Notes under the pieces: generated by a model
Told to the model about the DNA's origin: nothing
What the model saw: only the letters and a program-made list of their open reading frames with translations
The model's database searches: none
Made by a program: the position numbers and the translations under genes
Part shown: in pieces, positions 20,680-29,293 of the stretch
How positions within the stretch are numbered: the stretch's first letter is position 1
Layout of the letters: every line of letters begins with the position of its first letter
IMG/VR virus record: IMGVR_UViG_3300009873_000001
Length of the DNA stretch: 64,000 nt
Reading direction: 5' to 3' (one strand)
Origin: a virus
Taxonomy: Duplodnaviria; Caudoviricetes

Positions 20680-21597
20680 ATGAGCCAGCTCACCATGCAG
20701 AGCCTCTTCGAGTTCCAGCGCCTGGCTGGCCTCGGGGACGCCCCGCCGCGGCGCCTCTACGCCGGACAGACCGAGTTCGAGACAGACGAGGAGTTCTTCT
20801 GCCGGCAGCGAGCCAAACAGAGAGCCACGCAGCAAGCGACACGGGACTGCAGTCCGGGAGGCAAGGCTTTCTACAAGGGCGCGCCGGTAGGTTCCAAGAT
20901 GTGGAATCAGTGCCTGGCGCAGCGCTCCCAGCTGTACGAGCGCAGGTTCATTGCGGAGTGCGAGCGCGCGGAGGAGCTCGCTGTCACGCAATACTACGAG
21001 ACGCAACAGCGAGTCATGACCGCTGGCGGCAAGGTGCCTTGGAGCGGCCCACGACGGAGAAGGCGAAAGGCAGACGACGAGGAGGGTATGAAGCCGTTCA
21101 CGGGAGGTAAGCTGCCGCCGTCCGGGGTGTGGCCGCTTCCGCCCGTTGAGGGGCCGCCTCCTACGCTCCAGGCCGGATTCACGGTTCAGAAGCAGCCGAC
21201 CGTCATCTTGCCGCTAGCACCTAAGCCAGCGGGCAGCGCGCCGCCCAGGGCCGTGGCGCCGGTCCTGAACATACCTGCAGCGCGGGCTTTCATGCCTGCG
21301 CCGCCTTTGAGTATGCCTGGGCGGGTCATGAGTATGCCTGCGCCCGCCGCGGGCATGCCTACGCGCCAGGCGGTTACCCTCGGCCCGAGGGTCGGCATGG
21401 CCGCGCCAGCCGTCGCCGCGCGCACGGCTGGCGCGCCCGCAGCTCGAACCGCCGGGGCGCGAGCCGGAGTTGCCTTGGGTGCGCTCATGAACCAGTCGCC
21501 GCCCGAGCCGTTCCTGACCGTGCTCAAGTTCACGGTCGGGTTATTTGCGGGATACTGGCTCATGACAGACTTTCTCAAGAAGGGACGTGGCCAGTGA
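20680..21597 (+). CDS. Pro/Ala-rich protein with LAGLG motif and C-terminal TM helix
   Basis: MSQLTM...LAGLG start; C-terminal FLTVLKFTVGLFAGYWLM followed by KK. Confidence 0.7.
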   Translation: MSQLTMQSLFEFQRLAGLGDAPPRRLYAGQTEFETDEEFFCRQRAKQRATQQATRDCSPGGKAFYKGAPVGSKMWNQCLAQRSQLYERRFIAECERAEELAVTQYYETQQRVMTAGGKVPWSGPRRRRRKADDEEGMKPFTGGKLPPSGVWPLPPVEGPPPTLQAGFTVQKQPTVILPLAPKPAGSAPPRAVAPVLNIPAARAFMPAPPLSMPGRVMSMPAPAAGMPTRQAVTLGPRVGMAAPAVAARTAGAPAARTAGARAGVALGALMNQSPPEPFLTVLKFTVGLFAGYWLMTDFLKKGRGQ

Positions 21598-22043
21598 GCC
21601 AGCTCACCATGGACGAGCTGTACAGATTCGCCGGACTAGGGATCTTGCCTCCGCGGCCGATCTTACTGCGCGGGCCGGTCATGCCTGGCCGGACGGTGCC
21701 AGCGTCGTCCCCACGCCCGTTGAAGCCGCCACCCACGACACAACCGCCCCCGCCACCTCCGCCCAAGCCGCCTGACAGGGAGCCATACATGGGCCCAGGG
21801 CCAGGTTCCACCAAGCCGATCCGAGGCGGGTACCGCTACTCCGGCCAGCGCGAGGACGAGACCGAAGGGCAGTTCTTCACCAGAATGCGGGCAGGGCAAC
21901 GAGTCACCCAGCCCACCAGCCGCGACGTGCAGCACTTCACCTGCCCGATCTGCGGCTACAAGCAGATTCCTGCCGGCCTGCAGTACTGCCCGGTCTGCAA
22001 GTCGAGAATGATCTGGCGCACCACCAGAAGAGTCATGCAGTGA
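21594..22043 (+). CDS. Pro-rich paralog with C-terminal Zn ribbon
   Basis: MSQLTM...FAGLG; YSGQREDETEGQFF matches YAGQTEFETDEEFF in the previous gene; CPIC...CPVC. Confidence 0.7.
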   Translation: MSQLTMDELYRFAGLGILPPRPILLRGPVMPGRTVPASSPRPLKPPPTTQPPPPPPPKPPDREPYMGPGPGSTKPIRGGYRYSGQREDETEGQFFTRMRAGQRVTQPTSRDVQHFTCPICGYKQIPAGLQYCPVCKSRMIWRTTRRVMQ

Positions 22044-22774
22044 ACCTCGACGTCGCCAAGATAGCTCCCAAGCTCTGGATCGGCGCAGCTCCACCCCAGG
22101 GCGCCGCTGTGGGCGAAAGCGGGTTTGAGTCGCTCGTCCTGTGCGCCGTGGACTGGCAGCCGCCAGAGGCGCAGTATCCCGGCGTCGAGCTCAAGCGCGC
22201 GCCCTTTCGGGACAAGCCCGACGTGACCAGCGAAGAGATCAAGATCGCCTTCGACGCTGCGCGCTGGACGGCCGAGCGGATCAAGCGCGGTCAGCGCACG
22301 CTCGTGACCTGCATGGCCGGCAAGAACCGGAGCGGGCTCGTATGCGCGCTGGCGCTCTCCATGGCCTCTGGTCTCGACCCGGCCAAGTGCGGCGAGATCG
22401 TGCGTCGGCAGCGCGGGCTCGACGCGCTCAGCAACGCCAGGTTCGTGGACATTCTGAACCAGGCCAGGAACGACGACTGCGAGCTGTGCGCAGCCAAGAA
22501 GCTCACGCCTTGGATCTATGAGGACTCGCTGTGCTGGATAAGTGTCTGTGTGAGTTGCTATCTTCCTCTTGTTGTGCTTAGGCGGCACAGTACCTCTCCA
22601 ACCACAGAGGAGCGCGAGCACATGTTGGGCGGCCTCAAGTTCGTTGCTACGCAGCTTGCGCCTGGCGTCAGGTGGAGAATAGATACTGAGCGGCGGAAGA
22701 TCCCTGATCACTGGCACGCGCACGCGAGAATGGCAGAGAGGCCCGCCCAGCGCTGGGCAGGAGGTAGATCGTGA
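22040..22774 (+). CDS. dual-specificity/PTP-like phosphatase fused to HIT-like domain
   Basis: CX5R(S) loop VTCMAGKNRSG; C-terminal CELC...HWHAH histidine triad. Confidence 0.85.
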   Translation: MNLDVAKIAPKLWIGAAPPQGAAVGESGFESLVLCAVDWQPPEAQYPGVELKRAPFRDKPDVTSEEIKIAFDAARWTAERIKRGQRTLVTCMAGKNRSGLVCALALSMASGLDPAKCGEIVRRQRGLDALSNARFVDILNQARNDDCELCAAKKLTPWIYEDSLCWISVCVSCYLPLVVLRRHSTSPTTEEREHMLGGLKFVATQLAPGVRWRIDTERRKIPDHWHAHARMAERPAQRWAGGRS

Positions 22775-23001
22775 ATCAGGCTGACTTTCTCTATGGCGCC
22801 GGCCTCATGGGTATTCTGGCGGGGATCGGGATTGGCTCGGACAAGGCCAACAAGCTCGCGCTCCTGCTGGGCGGCGCGGCGCTGTTCTTCGCGCACCAGG
22901 AGAAGCCGCTCCTCGACATAGGCGCCAGGCCCGAGCTCGACGAGGCCACTCGAGGGCTGCGACCCAAGATCCCGAGCATTCCGAATCCATTCGCGCAATA
23001 G
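22771..23001 (+). CDS. small two-TM membrane protein
   Basis: Two hydrophobic segments; GTGA overlap; GGAGG RBS. Confidence 0.65.
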   Translation: MNQADFLYGAGLMGILAGIGIGSDKANKLALLLGGAALFFAHQEKPLLDIGARPELDEATRGLRPKIPSIPNPFAQ

Positions 23002-23013
23002 CGCACGGTAGCC

Positions 23014-23292
23014 GTGGCGGCCAAGAAAAAGCCAGAACAGCAGCCACAAGCAGAACAGGCAGGGCAGAACGCCGTGCCTGTGCTGCGGAAGTGCCAAGCC
23101 TTGAACTGCAAGGTCGAGATCGAGGTGCCGAAGCTGTTCTGCGACACGCACTGGACCATGGTCCCAGTCGACATACAGACTGCGCTCTTCGACGCGGTCG
23201 GAGTGGGCGTCCTAGACCTCGTTCGACAAGTCCTAAAGAAAGCGATCAATCTGATTGCGGAATGCGAACGCCAGCAGAGCGGGGCGTCGTAG
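23014..23292 (+). CDS. small Zn-finger protein
   Basis: CQALNC...FCDTHW pattern. Confidence 0.65.
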   Translation: MAAKKKPEQQPQAEQAGQNAVPVLRKCQALNCKVEIEVPKLFCDTHWTMVPVDIQTALFDAVGVGVLDLVRQVLKKAINLIAECERQQSGAS

Positions 23293-23608
23293 GTGAGCCC
23301 GCACCACACCTACTCGCTAAATTCCGGGGACAGCTCCTGCACGAACTGTCACTCGAACTTCGTGCAATCCACGGCGGCCAGCACGGACGTGGTGGTGTTC
23401 CAGAGCCACACCTGCGTGGCCACCGAGAACGTCCGCGTGAACAGGACGCGGGCAGCGAATGACCGTTTTGCGCGCGAGCACGCGGCTCAGTTTGCGAGCG
23501 CCAAGCTGCGCCGCGAGGCCATGCTCGAAGAGGCCAGGAACGCGTTCAGGGACTTCGAGCGGCGGCCGAAGCGCCCGCCGCAGGGCCGGGCTGTTCGTCA
23601 CTCGGCGT

Positions 23609-24217
23609 TCAAGCTGCCGCGGAATTGCCTGCCGGCGGTGGCGCGGGGGCACCACCACCCTGAGCCGCGCCGCCCTGAGCCAGCCCGCCGATCCGGCCGT
23701 CGCGGTTGAGATCGATTCCGGTCAGTTTTTCGAAGGCGTCGATCCTGGCGTTGGTCGCGGCCAGATCACCCTCGGTCTTGGCGTGGCGGTTCGCCGAGCG
23801 CACGCGCTGGTAGGCGATCGTGAGGATCAGGGCCAGCAGCGAGCCGGCCGTGCCCCAGCCCTGGCTCTTGGCCACGTCCTTGAGCTCGTCGAGGTCCTTG
23901 ACGTTCGCGAGCGCCTTGATCTTCTCCTCCAGATCGGCCTTGGCCTTATCGGATTCGACCTGAACCCGCAGGTCGACCGTGTCGAGGAGCGACTGCTTGG
24001 CCAGGCGCACGATCTCGCCCTGGTCGACCTGGCCGTTCCTGTCGTCGTCGGCGAGCGCCTTGAGTTCCGCAAGCGAGAGGCCGCGCTTGTCGAGCTGGTG
24101 ATCGACGGCCTCGCTGATCTTCTGGATCGCCAGCTCCTTGGCGTACTCAGCCGCCGAGTCGCGCAAGGAGGCGCAGCCAACGAGGAGCGGGAGCATCAGG
24201 CAGGCGAGGCGGTTCAT
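23609..24217 (-). CDS. putative lipoprotein with EF-hand-like loops and a TM helix
   Basis: Lipobox LLVGC; DDDRNGQVD and DLNRDGRIG; TM GSLLALILTIAY. Confidence 0.7.
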   Translation of the reverse strand: MNRLACLMLPLLVGCASLRDSAAEYAKELAIQKISEAVDHQLDKRGLSLAELKALADDDRNGQVDQGEIVRLAKQSLLDTVDLRVQVESDKAKADLEEKIKALANVKDLDELKDVAKSQGWGTAGSLLALILTIAYQRVRSANRHAKTEGDLAATNARIDAFEKLTGIDLNRDGRIGGLAQGGAAQGGGAPAPPPAGNSAAA

Positions 24218-24789
24218 ACCACGATTCCGTAGACGTCTACGGTGGCGAGCAGAGCGGTGCCCGAGCTCCCCACCCGGTTGAGGACAAGGGCCTGTGCCGA
24301 CCCGACCTGCACGCTCTTGCCGCTGGGCACGAGCGCGAACACGTCCCCAGCCAGGCGGAAGTTCGTGAGAGTCGTGTTGGGGATCACGTTGAACACGAGC
24401 GGGGTGAGCCCGGCCCCGGCGCTACCGTCCACGGTCACAGCTGTTCCGGTCGTGCATTCGAGCACGATTTCGGTGATCAGGGTGGTTTTGCCGGTGGGTG
24501 ACGTGTACAGGTCGACCGGGCCGCTGTTGAGGAAGCTCACGTTCTCGAGTCGGGTGAGCCGGCTCACGATCGTGCGGTCTTGCTGTGGGTAGGACCGCCC
24601 GCTCACGCTGCGCAGCGGCTGGCTTTCGAGCGAGTTCAGCTGTTCTGACAGGACCTCGCAGGCCGAGAGAATGTTCGTCGGCGCCGCGGTGTCGAACTGC
24701 TCCGAGAGCACCTCGCAGGCCGAGAGGAGGTTCGTGGGAGCCGGCCCGTCGAACTTCTCCGAGAGAACCTCGCAGGCGGAGAGGGGCAT
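24214..24789 (-). CDS. putative structural protein with three N-terminal LSACEVLSE repeats
   Basis: 18-aa unit repeated; C-terminal domain paralogous to 26221-26637. Confidence 0.75.
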   Translation of the reverse strand: MPLSACEVLSEKFDGPAPTNLLSACEVLSEQFDTAAPTNILSACEVLSEQLNSLESQPLRSVSGRSYPQQDRTIVSRLTRLENVSFLNSGPVDLYTSPTGKTTLITEIVLECTTGTAVTVDGSAGAGLTPLVFNVIPNTTLTNFRLAGDVFALVPSGKSVQVGSAQALVLNRVGSSGTALLATVDVYGIVV

Positions 24790-24792
24790 GGT

Positions 24793-26208
24793 TTAGAAGA
24801 CCTCCATGACCATGACGAAGCGGTCGCCGAAGCCCTCACCAGGCAGGGCGGCTGTGACCTCTTGCTCCGTTCCGTCGGCCGGCACGTTGATATTGTCGGT
24901 GCCACCCGAAATCGAGCCCGACGTAGGCGAGGAGAGCGTGGCCAGCGTGACTGGGTACTCGACGTTGGCCATGCCCCAGTAGATCCTGACCGTCACCAGG
25001 CCGCCGCCATAGCAGCGGAACTTCTTCCTGATCGACGCGGCCAGCGGGGTGCCGTTCGTGCCGGTCATTTCGATCTTCTTCTGGCCGGTCGTCCAGAAGC
25101 GCGAACCCTCAGACGTCTTGTCGCTGAGGAGCATGGCGAACGACACGTCACCGCCAGTGTCGTTGGGTGAGCCGGCGGCGCCGATCAGGGTGGCGTTGCC
25201 GTTCCAGATGTACTGGTTCACGGCGGTGCCGGCGGTCGTGCTCGAGGCCCAGTAGAGGTAGATATCCGGCGCTCCGCCAATGTTGGCCTCGGCGTCGATC
25301 AGGAGCGCCTTCCAGTTGCCGTTGACCGTGGCCGGCAGGGTTCCGGCCAGAACCGTGGCCGTAATGTCCGTGCCGGCGAAGGCTGACGTGATTTGGAGGA
25401 TCCTCGAGCCGGTGCCGCTCGACTTGAACGCGAAGTAGAGGTTGTTGTCGCTCGGGTCGATCCAGGCCAGGCCGAAGTTGGTCGTGGCGCCGGCCAGCAC
25501 ACCGCTCGTGAAGACGTTCGTCTCGGTTCCGCCCACGATTCGCGACAGGCGCACCGTGCCGCCGGCAATGTGGGCAATGGAGTAGAGGAACCCGTCCCAC
25601 ACGACCAGGTTCATGGAGCGGTTCGAAGGCCCGTAACCGGGGAGCGTGAAGAACGTAGTCGTGCCCGTGGCAGGGGCGAGGGTGATCACGTTCATGGTGC
25701 CGCCGCTGGTGCTGTACGCTATGTAGAGCGTGTCGCGGTAGGCCGCGGCCGAGTGCCACTCACTGAATCCAGCACCGGCGATCGTGCCCGTTTCGGTCCA
25801 GGTCACGCCGTCCGAGCTGTACGAGAACCGAGGAAGGCCGGTAGTGGAAGAGTAGGCGCAAGCCACCCACGGCACACCCGAGGCGTCATACACAATGAAC
25901 AGCCCGGAGCGCGTCGCCGATCCGGCCACGGAGGCCGTGATCGTGTGGACCAGCGTCCAGGTGGCTCCCGCGTCGTCCGAGCGGTAGATCTGCGAGTTTA
26001 TGAAGAACAGGAAGGTCTCTTCACCGCCGGCTGAGCCGGCAGGTGCGAACATGATCACCCGTTCGCTTGGGTTCGAGGTGCCGGCCGTGTAGGTCTCGAG
26101 CGAGCCGGTCGTGACGCCCTGGTTCGACGGCACGGCGTCGATATAGCGCTGAACCTGCGGCGAGCCGCCGCTCGTGATCCTGGCTCCCAGGAAGGGTGTG
26201 GCTACCAT
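24793..26208 (-). CDS. beta-propeller-like (BNR/Asp-box) putative virion protein
   Basis: RSDDAGATW and SSDGVTW Asp-box motifs; Gly/Thr/Ser-rich. Confidence 0.75.
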   Translation of the reverse strand: MVATPFLGARITSGGSPQVQRYIDAVPSNQGVTTGSLETYTAGTSNPSERVIMFAPAGSAGGEETFLFFINSQIYRSDDAGATWTLVHTITASVAGSATRSGLFIVYDASGVPWVACAYSSTTGLPRFSYSSDGVTWTETGTIAGAGFSEWHSAAAYRDTLYIAYSTSGGTMNVITLAPATGTTTFFTLPGYGPSNRSMNLVVWDGFLYSIAHIAGGTVRLSRIVGGTETNVFTSGVLAGATTNFGLAWIDPSDNNLYFAFKSSGTGSRILQITSAFAGTDITATVLAGTLPATVNGNWKALLIDAEANIGGAPDIYLYWASSTTAGTAVNQYIWNGNATLIGAAGSPNDTGGDVSFAMLLSDKTSEGSRFWTTGQKKIEMTGTNGTPLAASIRKKFRCYGGGLVTVRIYWGMANVEYPVTLATLSSPTSGSISGGTDNINVPADGTEQEVTAALPGEGFGDRFVMVMEVF

Positions 26209-26220
26209 GTTCGACGCTCC

Positions 26221-26637
26221 TTAGAAGAGGAATGCGATCACGCGGGCCGTCACGACCTGCGAGGTGCCGGTCGCCGCGACGTCGATCCCGAGCTTGACCG
26301 CGCTGCCGGCCGGGGCGGTTCTGGCCTTGCCGGTGAGGAAGAAGCTCCACACGTCGCCGGCTGCCAGGAAGCCGGTCAGGGAGACCGGCGAGAAAATGTC
26401 GCTCTCCCCGGCCGCAATGCCGACTCCCGCCGTGGCTGGTGTGATCACGCCAGTAGCAGCCGTGCATTGAAGGATCACGCCCGTGATCACGGCGGTATAG
26501 CCCGTGGGTACGGTGTAGATCGTGGGCGTGGAGATCGCGAACATGCTGATCCCGGGCGTCGCCTCGACCTGGTGCAGAATGTACGGCGCCTGGACTGGAT
26601 ACGACTTGGCCGGAACCGACGCGACGGGGAACGTCAT
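26221..26637 (-). CDS. small beta-sandwich putative structural protein
   Basis: IYTVPTGYTAVIT motif; paralog of the 24214 C-terminus. Confidence 0.75.
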   Translation of the reverse strand: MTFPVASVPAKSYPVQAPYILHQVEATPGISMFAISTPTIYTVPTGYTAVITGVILQCTAATGVITPATAGVGIAAGESDIFSPVSLTGFLAAGDVWSFFLTGKARTAPAGSAVKLGIDVAATGTSQVVTARVIAFLF

Positions 26638-27017
26638 GCCCTGCTCCTCTTCGGCCCGAAGAAGTAGACAGCGAGGCCGCCTACGAAGATCCCGACGGCC
26701 ACGGACTTGAAGTCCAGACCAAACGGCAACTGCGGTCCGGCCTGCCCTAGCCCGAGCAGGCCTTGCTGATTGGCCTGACGGATCCTGTCGAGCTCAGCTT
26801 GGTTGCAAGCCAGCTTCTCGCGCACCATGGCCATGTTGGGCACCGGCCGCTGCTCGGCCTTGACGCGTCGCTTGCGCCGCTTTCGAGGCTGCTGAGCGAG
26901 CATTTGCTCTTCGGACGCGGCTTGGTTCTCTGGCGCCATGGGCACCGGCTCTTGGGCGGCACCGTTCTGGGCGTAGGCTTCCCAGAGTTCTTCAGGTGAC
27001 ATGGTTGGATCGGCCAT
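26634..27017 (-). CDS. small protein with LLGLG motif and C-terminal TM helix
   Basis: Basic patch, GLLGLGQ, then VAVGIFVGGLAVYFF; TAGGAT 6 nt before the ATG. Confidence 0.75.
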   Translation of the reverse strand: MADPTMSPEELWEAYAQNGAAQEPVPMAPENQAASEEQMLAQQPRKRRKRRVKAEQRPVPNMAMVREKLACNQAELDRIRQANQQGLLGLGQAGPQLPFGLDFKSVAVGIFVGGLAVYFFGPKRSRA

Positions 27018-27066
27018 ACACCGATCCTAGCGCGAACGAGGAAACCTGCCGCTTCTCAGGCCTGAC

Positions 27067-28014
27067 TCAACCGCGGCGCATGATCTCGCGCACGAGCGCC
27101 GCGGCCACCGGTGGACAGACAGCGTTTCCGAGCAGCTTCACCGAATCGCAGATCGAGTCCGGCAGCCAGTAGCGGTCTGGGAAGCCCATGCCGCAGCGGT
27201 ACTCGTCGGCCGTCAACATGCGCATTTCGTCGCCGGACTTGCCGCTGCGCACGAGCGCCATTTGGTGCTTGGTGGTCACGGTCGGGAGCGGCCTGTCGAG
27301 AGAACGCCCCGGGTGTCCGGTGACGTGCTGGGTCATGAACATGCCGCGCGGGAATGTCTTTCTGCCCTTGGCAACGCGCGCGCGGACGGCTGGCGGCTTC
27401 GAAGCCACGGGCTCCCAGTTGCCGGCGTTCGAATCGACACAGCTCTTGAAGGCGACGTGCTCGCGGTGGCGCGGGTTCAGGACCAGCGGCTTTCGGCCGC
27501 GGGTCGCCAGTATGAACAGACGCTTTCGGTCCTGCGGCACGCCGAAGTCGGCGGCGTTGAGAACGTGCTCGGAGAGCGAGTAGCCGAGGTCGTTCCAGTA
27601 GCCGCACCAGGCCTTGAAGCCGATCCAGTTCTTGAAGTCGACCACGTTCTCGACCAGCACGAACGGAGGATCGTGGACTTCGGCACAGCTCGGCACGGCC
27701 CAGGCCGTGGCGCGGTATTCGTCGTGGCGCGGAGCCGTGCCGCGGCGCCTGCGCGCGAGCTGCCTGGTCGCGGCCTGGGAGTGGCCCTGGCAAGCGGGAG
27801 ACGCGAGCACTAGGTCCATGCTCGGGACCTCGAACCAGTTGGCCTGGTGCAGATCCTGAACGACGTGCTTGGTCTTGGGGTGGTTTCTCTGGTGAACGTT
27901 GACGGCCAGCGCCCAGTGGTTGGCGGCCCATAGGACTTGAGCACCGGCCTGCTCGGCGCCCTCAGAAAACCCGCCCAGGCCAGCGAACATGTCGATCGCG
28001 GTGAGTTTGCTCAC
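27067..28014 (-). CDS. DNA (cytosine-5)-methyltransferase, phage type
   Basis: Motif I DMFAGLGG, IV SPAC, VI ENV, VIII QDRKRLF, X LGNAVCP; GTGA overlap start. Confidence 0.93.
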   Translation of the reverse strand: MSKLTAIDMFAGLGGFSEGAEQAGAQVLWAANHWALAVNVHQRNHPKTKHVVQDLHQANWFEVPSMDLVLASPACQGHSQAATRQLARRRRGTAPRHDEYRATAWAVPSCAEVHDPPFVLVENVVDFKNWIGFKAWCGYWNDLGYSLSEHVLNAADFGVPQDRKRLFILATRGRKPLVLNPRHREHVAFKSCVDSNAGNWEPVASKPPAVRARVAKGRKTFPRGMFMTQHVTGHPGRSLDRPLPTVTTKHQMALVRSGKSGDEMRMLTADEYRCGMGFPDRYWLPDSICDSVKLLGNAVCPPVAAALVREIMRRG

Positions 28015-28628
28015 GCGCTGATCCCGCTGGCCCAGGGCTGAATGCAGCCGCGCTGCGCGAGCGTCGCCCACACGAGATCCGCGCGCGGCTCGACCAGCGC
28101 TTCCCCATCCAGGTTCAGAGCGCCGTCTCCGTGCAGCTCGAGCGCGCGCATGATCGCCAGGAGCGATTGCCCCACGAGCCAGCCTGAGACCTCTTTGCGT
28201 AGCTGGTCGTAGGCCGCGTCGAGGCTGCCCACACAGCCGGCCATGAGCACGTCATAGAGATCGCTGCTCTTGCCCAGCAACTCCTCTACGTCGACCGTGC
28301 CCTGCCTGAGCCGGCAGTCTCCGTCGAGCACGGGATCGATCAGGATCGTATCCGTGGACGTCGGGTCGAAGAACACGGCGCCGCTGGCTATGTCGAGTGG
28401 ATCGCGGCTGCCGGCCGCCAAGAGGAACCGCCAGTCTTCGCTCCTGATTCCGTCTTCGGTGACTAGGGCTCGCGGCCCTGGTAGCTCCAGCGCGCGCGTG
28501 TCGAGTTCGGTGGCTACCACCACGGGGTCCCGGCCGCGGCGCAGCTGCTCGACACCAAGGTCTGTCAGCTGTACGAGACCGACCCTGGCCCTGTTGTGCG
28601 CGACGCGTTCGAAAAAAGGATGGTTCAT
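28011..28628 (-). CDS. hypothetical protein
   Basis: ATG 28628 (MNHPFFE); coupled to the methyltransferase. Confidence 0.65.
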   Translation of the reverse strand: MNHPFFERVAHNRARVGLVQLTDLGVEQLRRGRDPVVVATELDTRALELPGPRALVTEDGIRSEDWRFLLAAGSRDPLDIASGAVFFDPTSTDTILIDPVLDGDCRLRQGTVDVEELLGKSSDLYDVLMAGCVGSLDAAYDQLRKEVSGWLVGQSLLAIMRALELHGDGALNLDGEALVEPRADLVWATLAQRGCIQPWASGISA

Positions 28629-28644
28629 TCGCTCTAGAGGAGAC

Positions 28645-28867
28645 GAGCCCGAAGGGCTCCGCACTCTTGGGGTGTTGATTGGGGTGAGCGCGACAGCCCT
28701 TCGGGCTCCCATGGCGAAAGAAGGCCAAGGAACGCCCCTGGCACCTCTGATTCTAGACCCTGCTACTGACAGGCGCAGCAAGGCCAGTACAGACCGCAAC
28801 CCCGCCTGGAAGCGGGGTTGCGGCCCGGAGTGTGAATGATCAACCCGACGCCCCACGAGGGCGTCCA
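28645..28867. other. multi-hairpin intergenic element (candidate structured RNA)
   Basis: 14-bp IR 28645-28658 / 28695-28708 with an inner stem; 12-bp hairpin 28794-28823; small hairpin near 28847-28865. Confidence 0.5.
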
Positions 28868-28900
28868 TGGCAGTCTATCAAGAAGCCCGCGCCTGTCGGC

Positions 28901-29197
28901 CTACTCCTCGCGGACGACGCACACGAGGTCGCCCTCGCGGAGGAGAATCAGGTTCTCGTCGTTGACCTTGATATCGGTCCCGGCGTACTTGCTGTAGACC
29001 ACCACGTCGTCCTTCTTCACCGAAACCGGGACTCGCTCGCCGTTCTCTCTCTTGCCTGGCCCGACGGCCAGGATCTGGCCTCTGACCGGCTTTTCCTTGG
29101 CGTTTTCTGGCAGGTGAATGCCGCCCCTGGTCACGCCCGAGTCTTCGATCGGCCTCACCAGCACGCGGTCGTCCAGGGGCTCGACGACGATTCCCAT
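28901..29197 (-). CDS. groES: co-chaperonin GroES (Cpn10)
   Basis: PLDDRVLV, mobile loop TRGGIHLPENAKEKP, AVGPG, YSKYAGT; GAGGAG RBS. Confidence 0.97.
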   Translation of the reverse strand: MGIVVEPLDDRVLVRPIEDSGVTRGGIHLPENAKEKPVRGQILAVGPGKRENGERVPVSVKKDDVVVYSKYAGTDIKVNDENLILLREGDLVCVVREE

Positions 29198-29293
29198 TTT
29201 CTTCTCCTCTCTTTTGATCCGGTAGCAAGCGTTGCAGTGCGGATTCTACCCTGCCTTGGCGACAGCCTGCCAGAGCCTTGGTACGCTTAAAGC

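Noticed and set aside
27067-28628. Restriction-modification pair
   Set aside because: The upstream ORF shows no recognisable nuclease motif; orphan methyltransferases are usual in phages
29198-29293. CIRCE operator upstream of groES
   Set aside because: No TTAGCACTC-N9-GAGTGCTAA match; only a TAGAAT -10-like box
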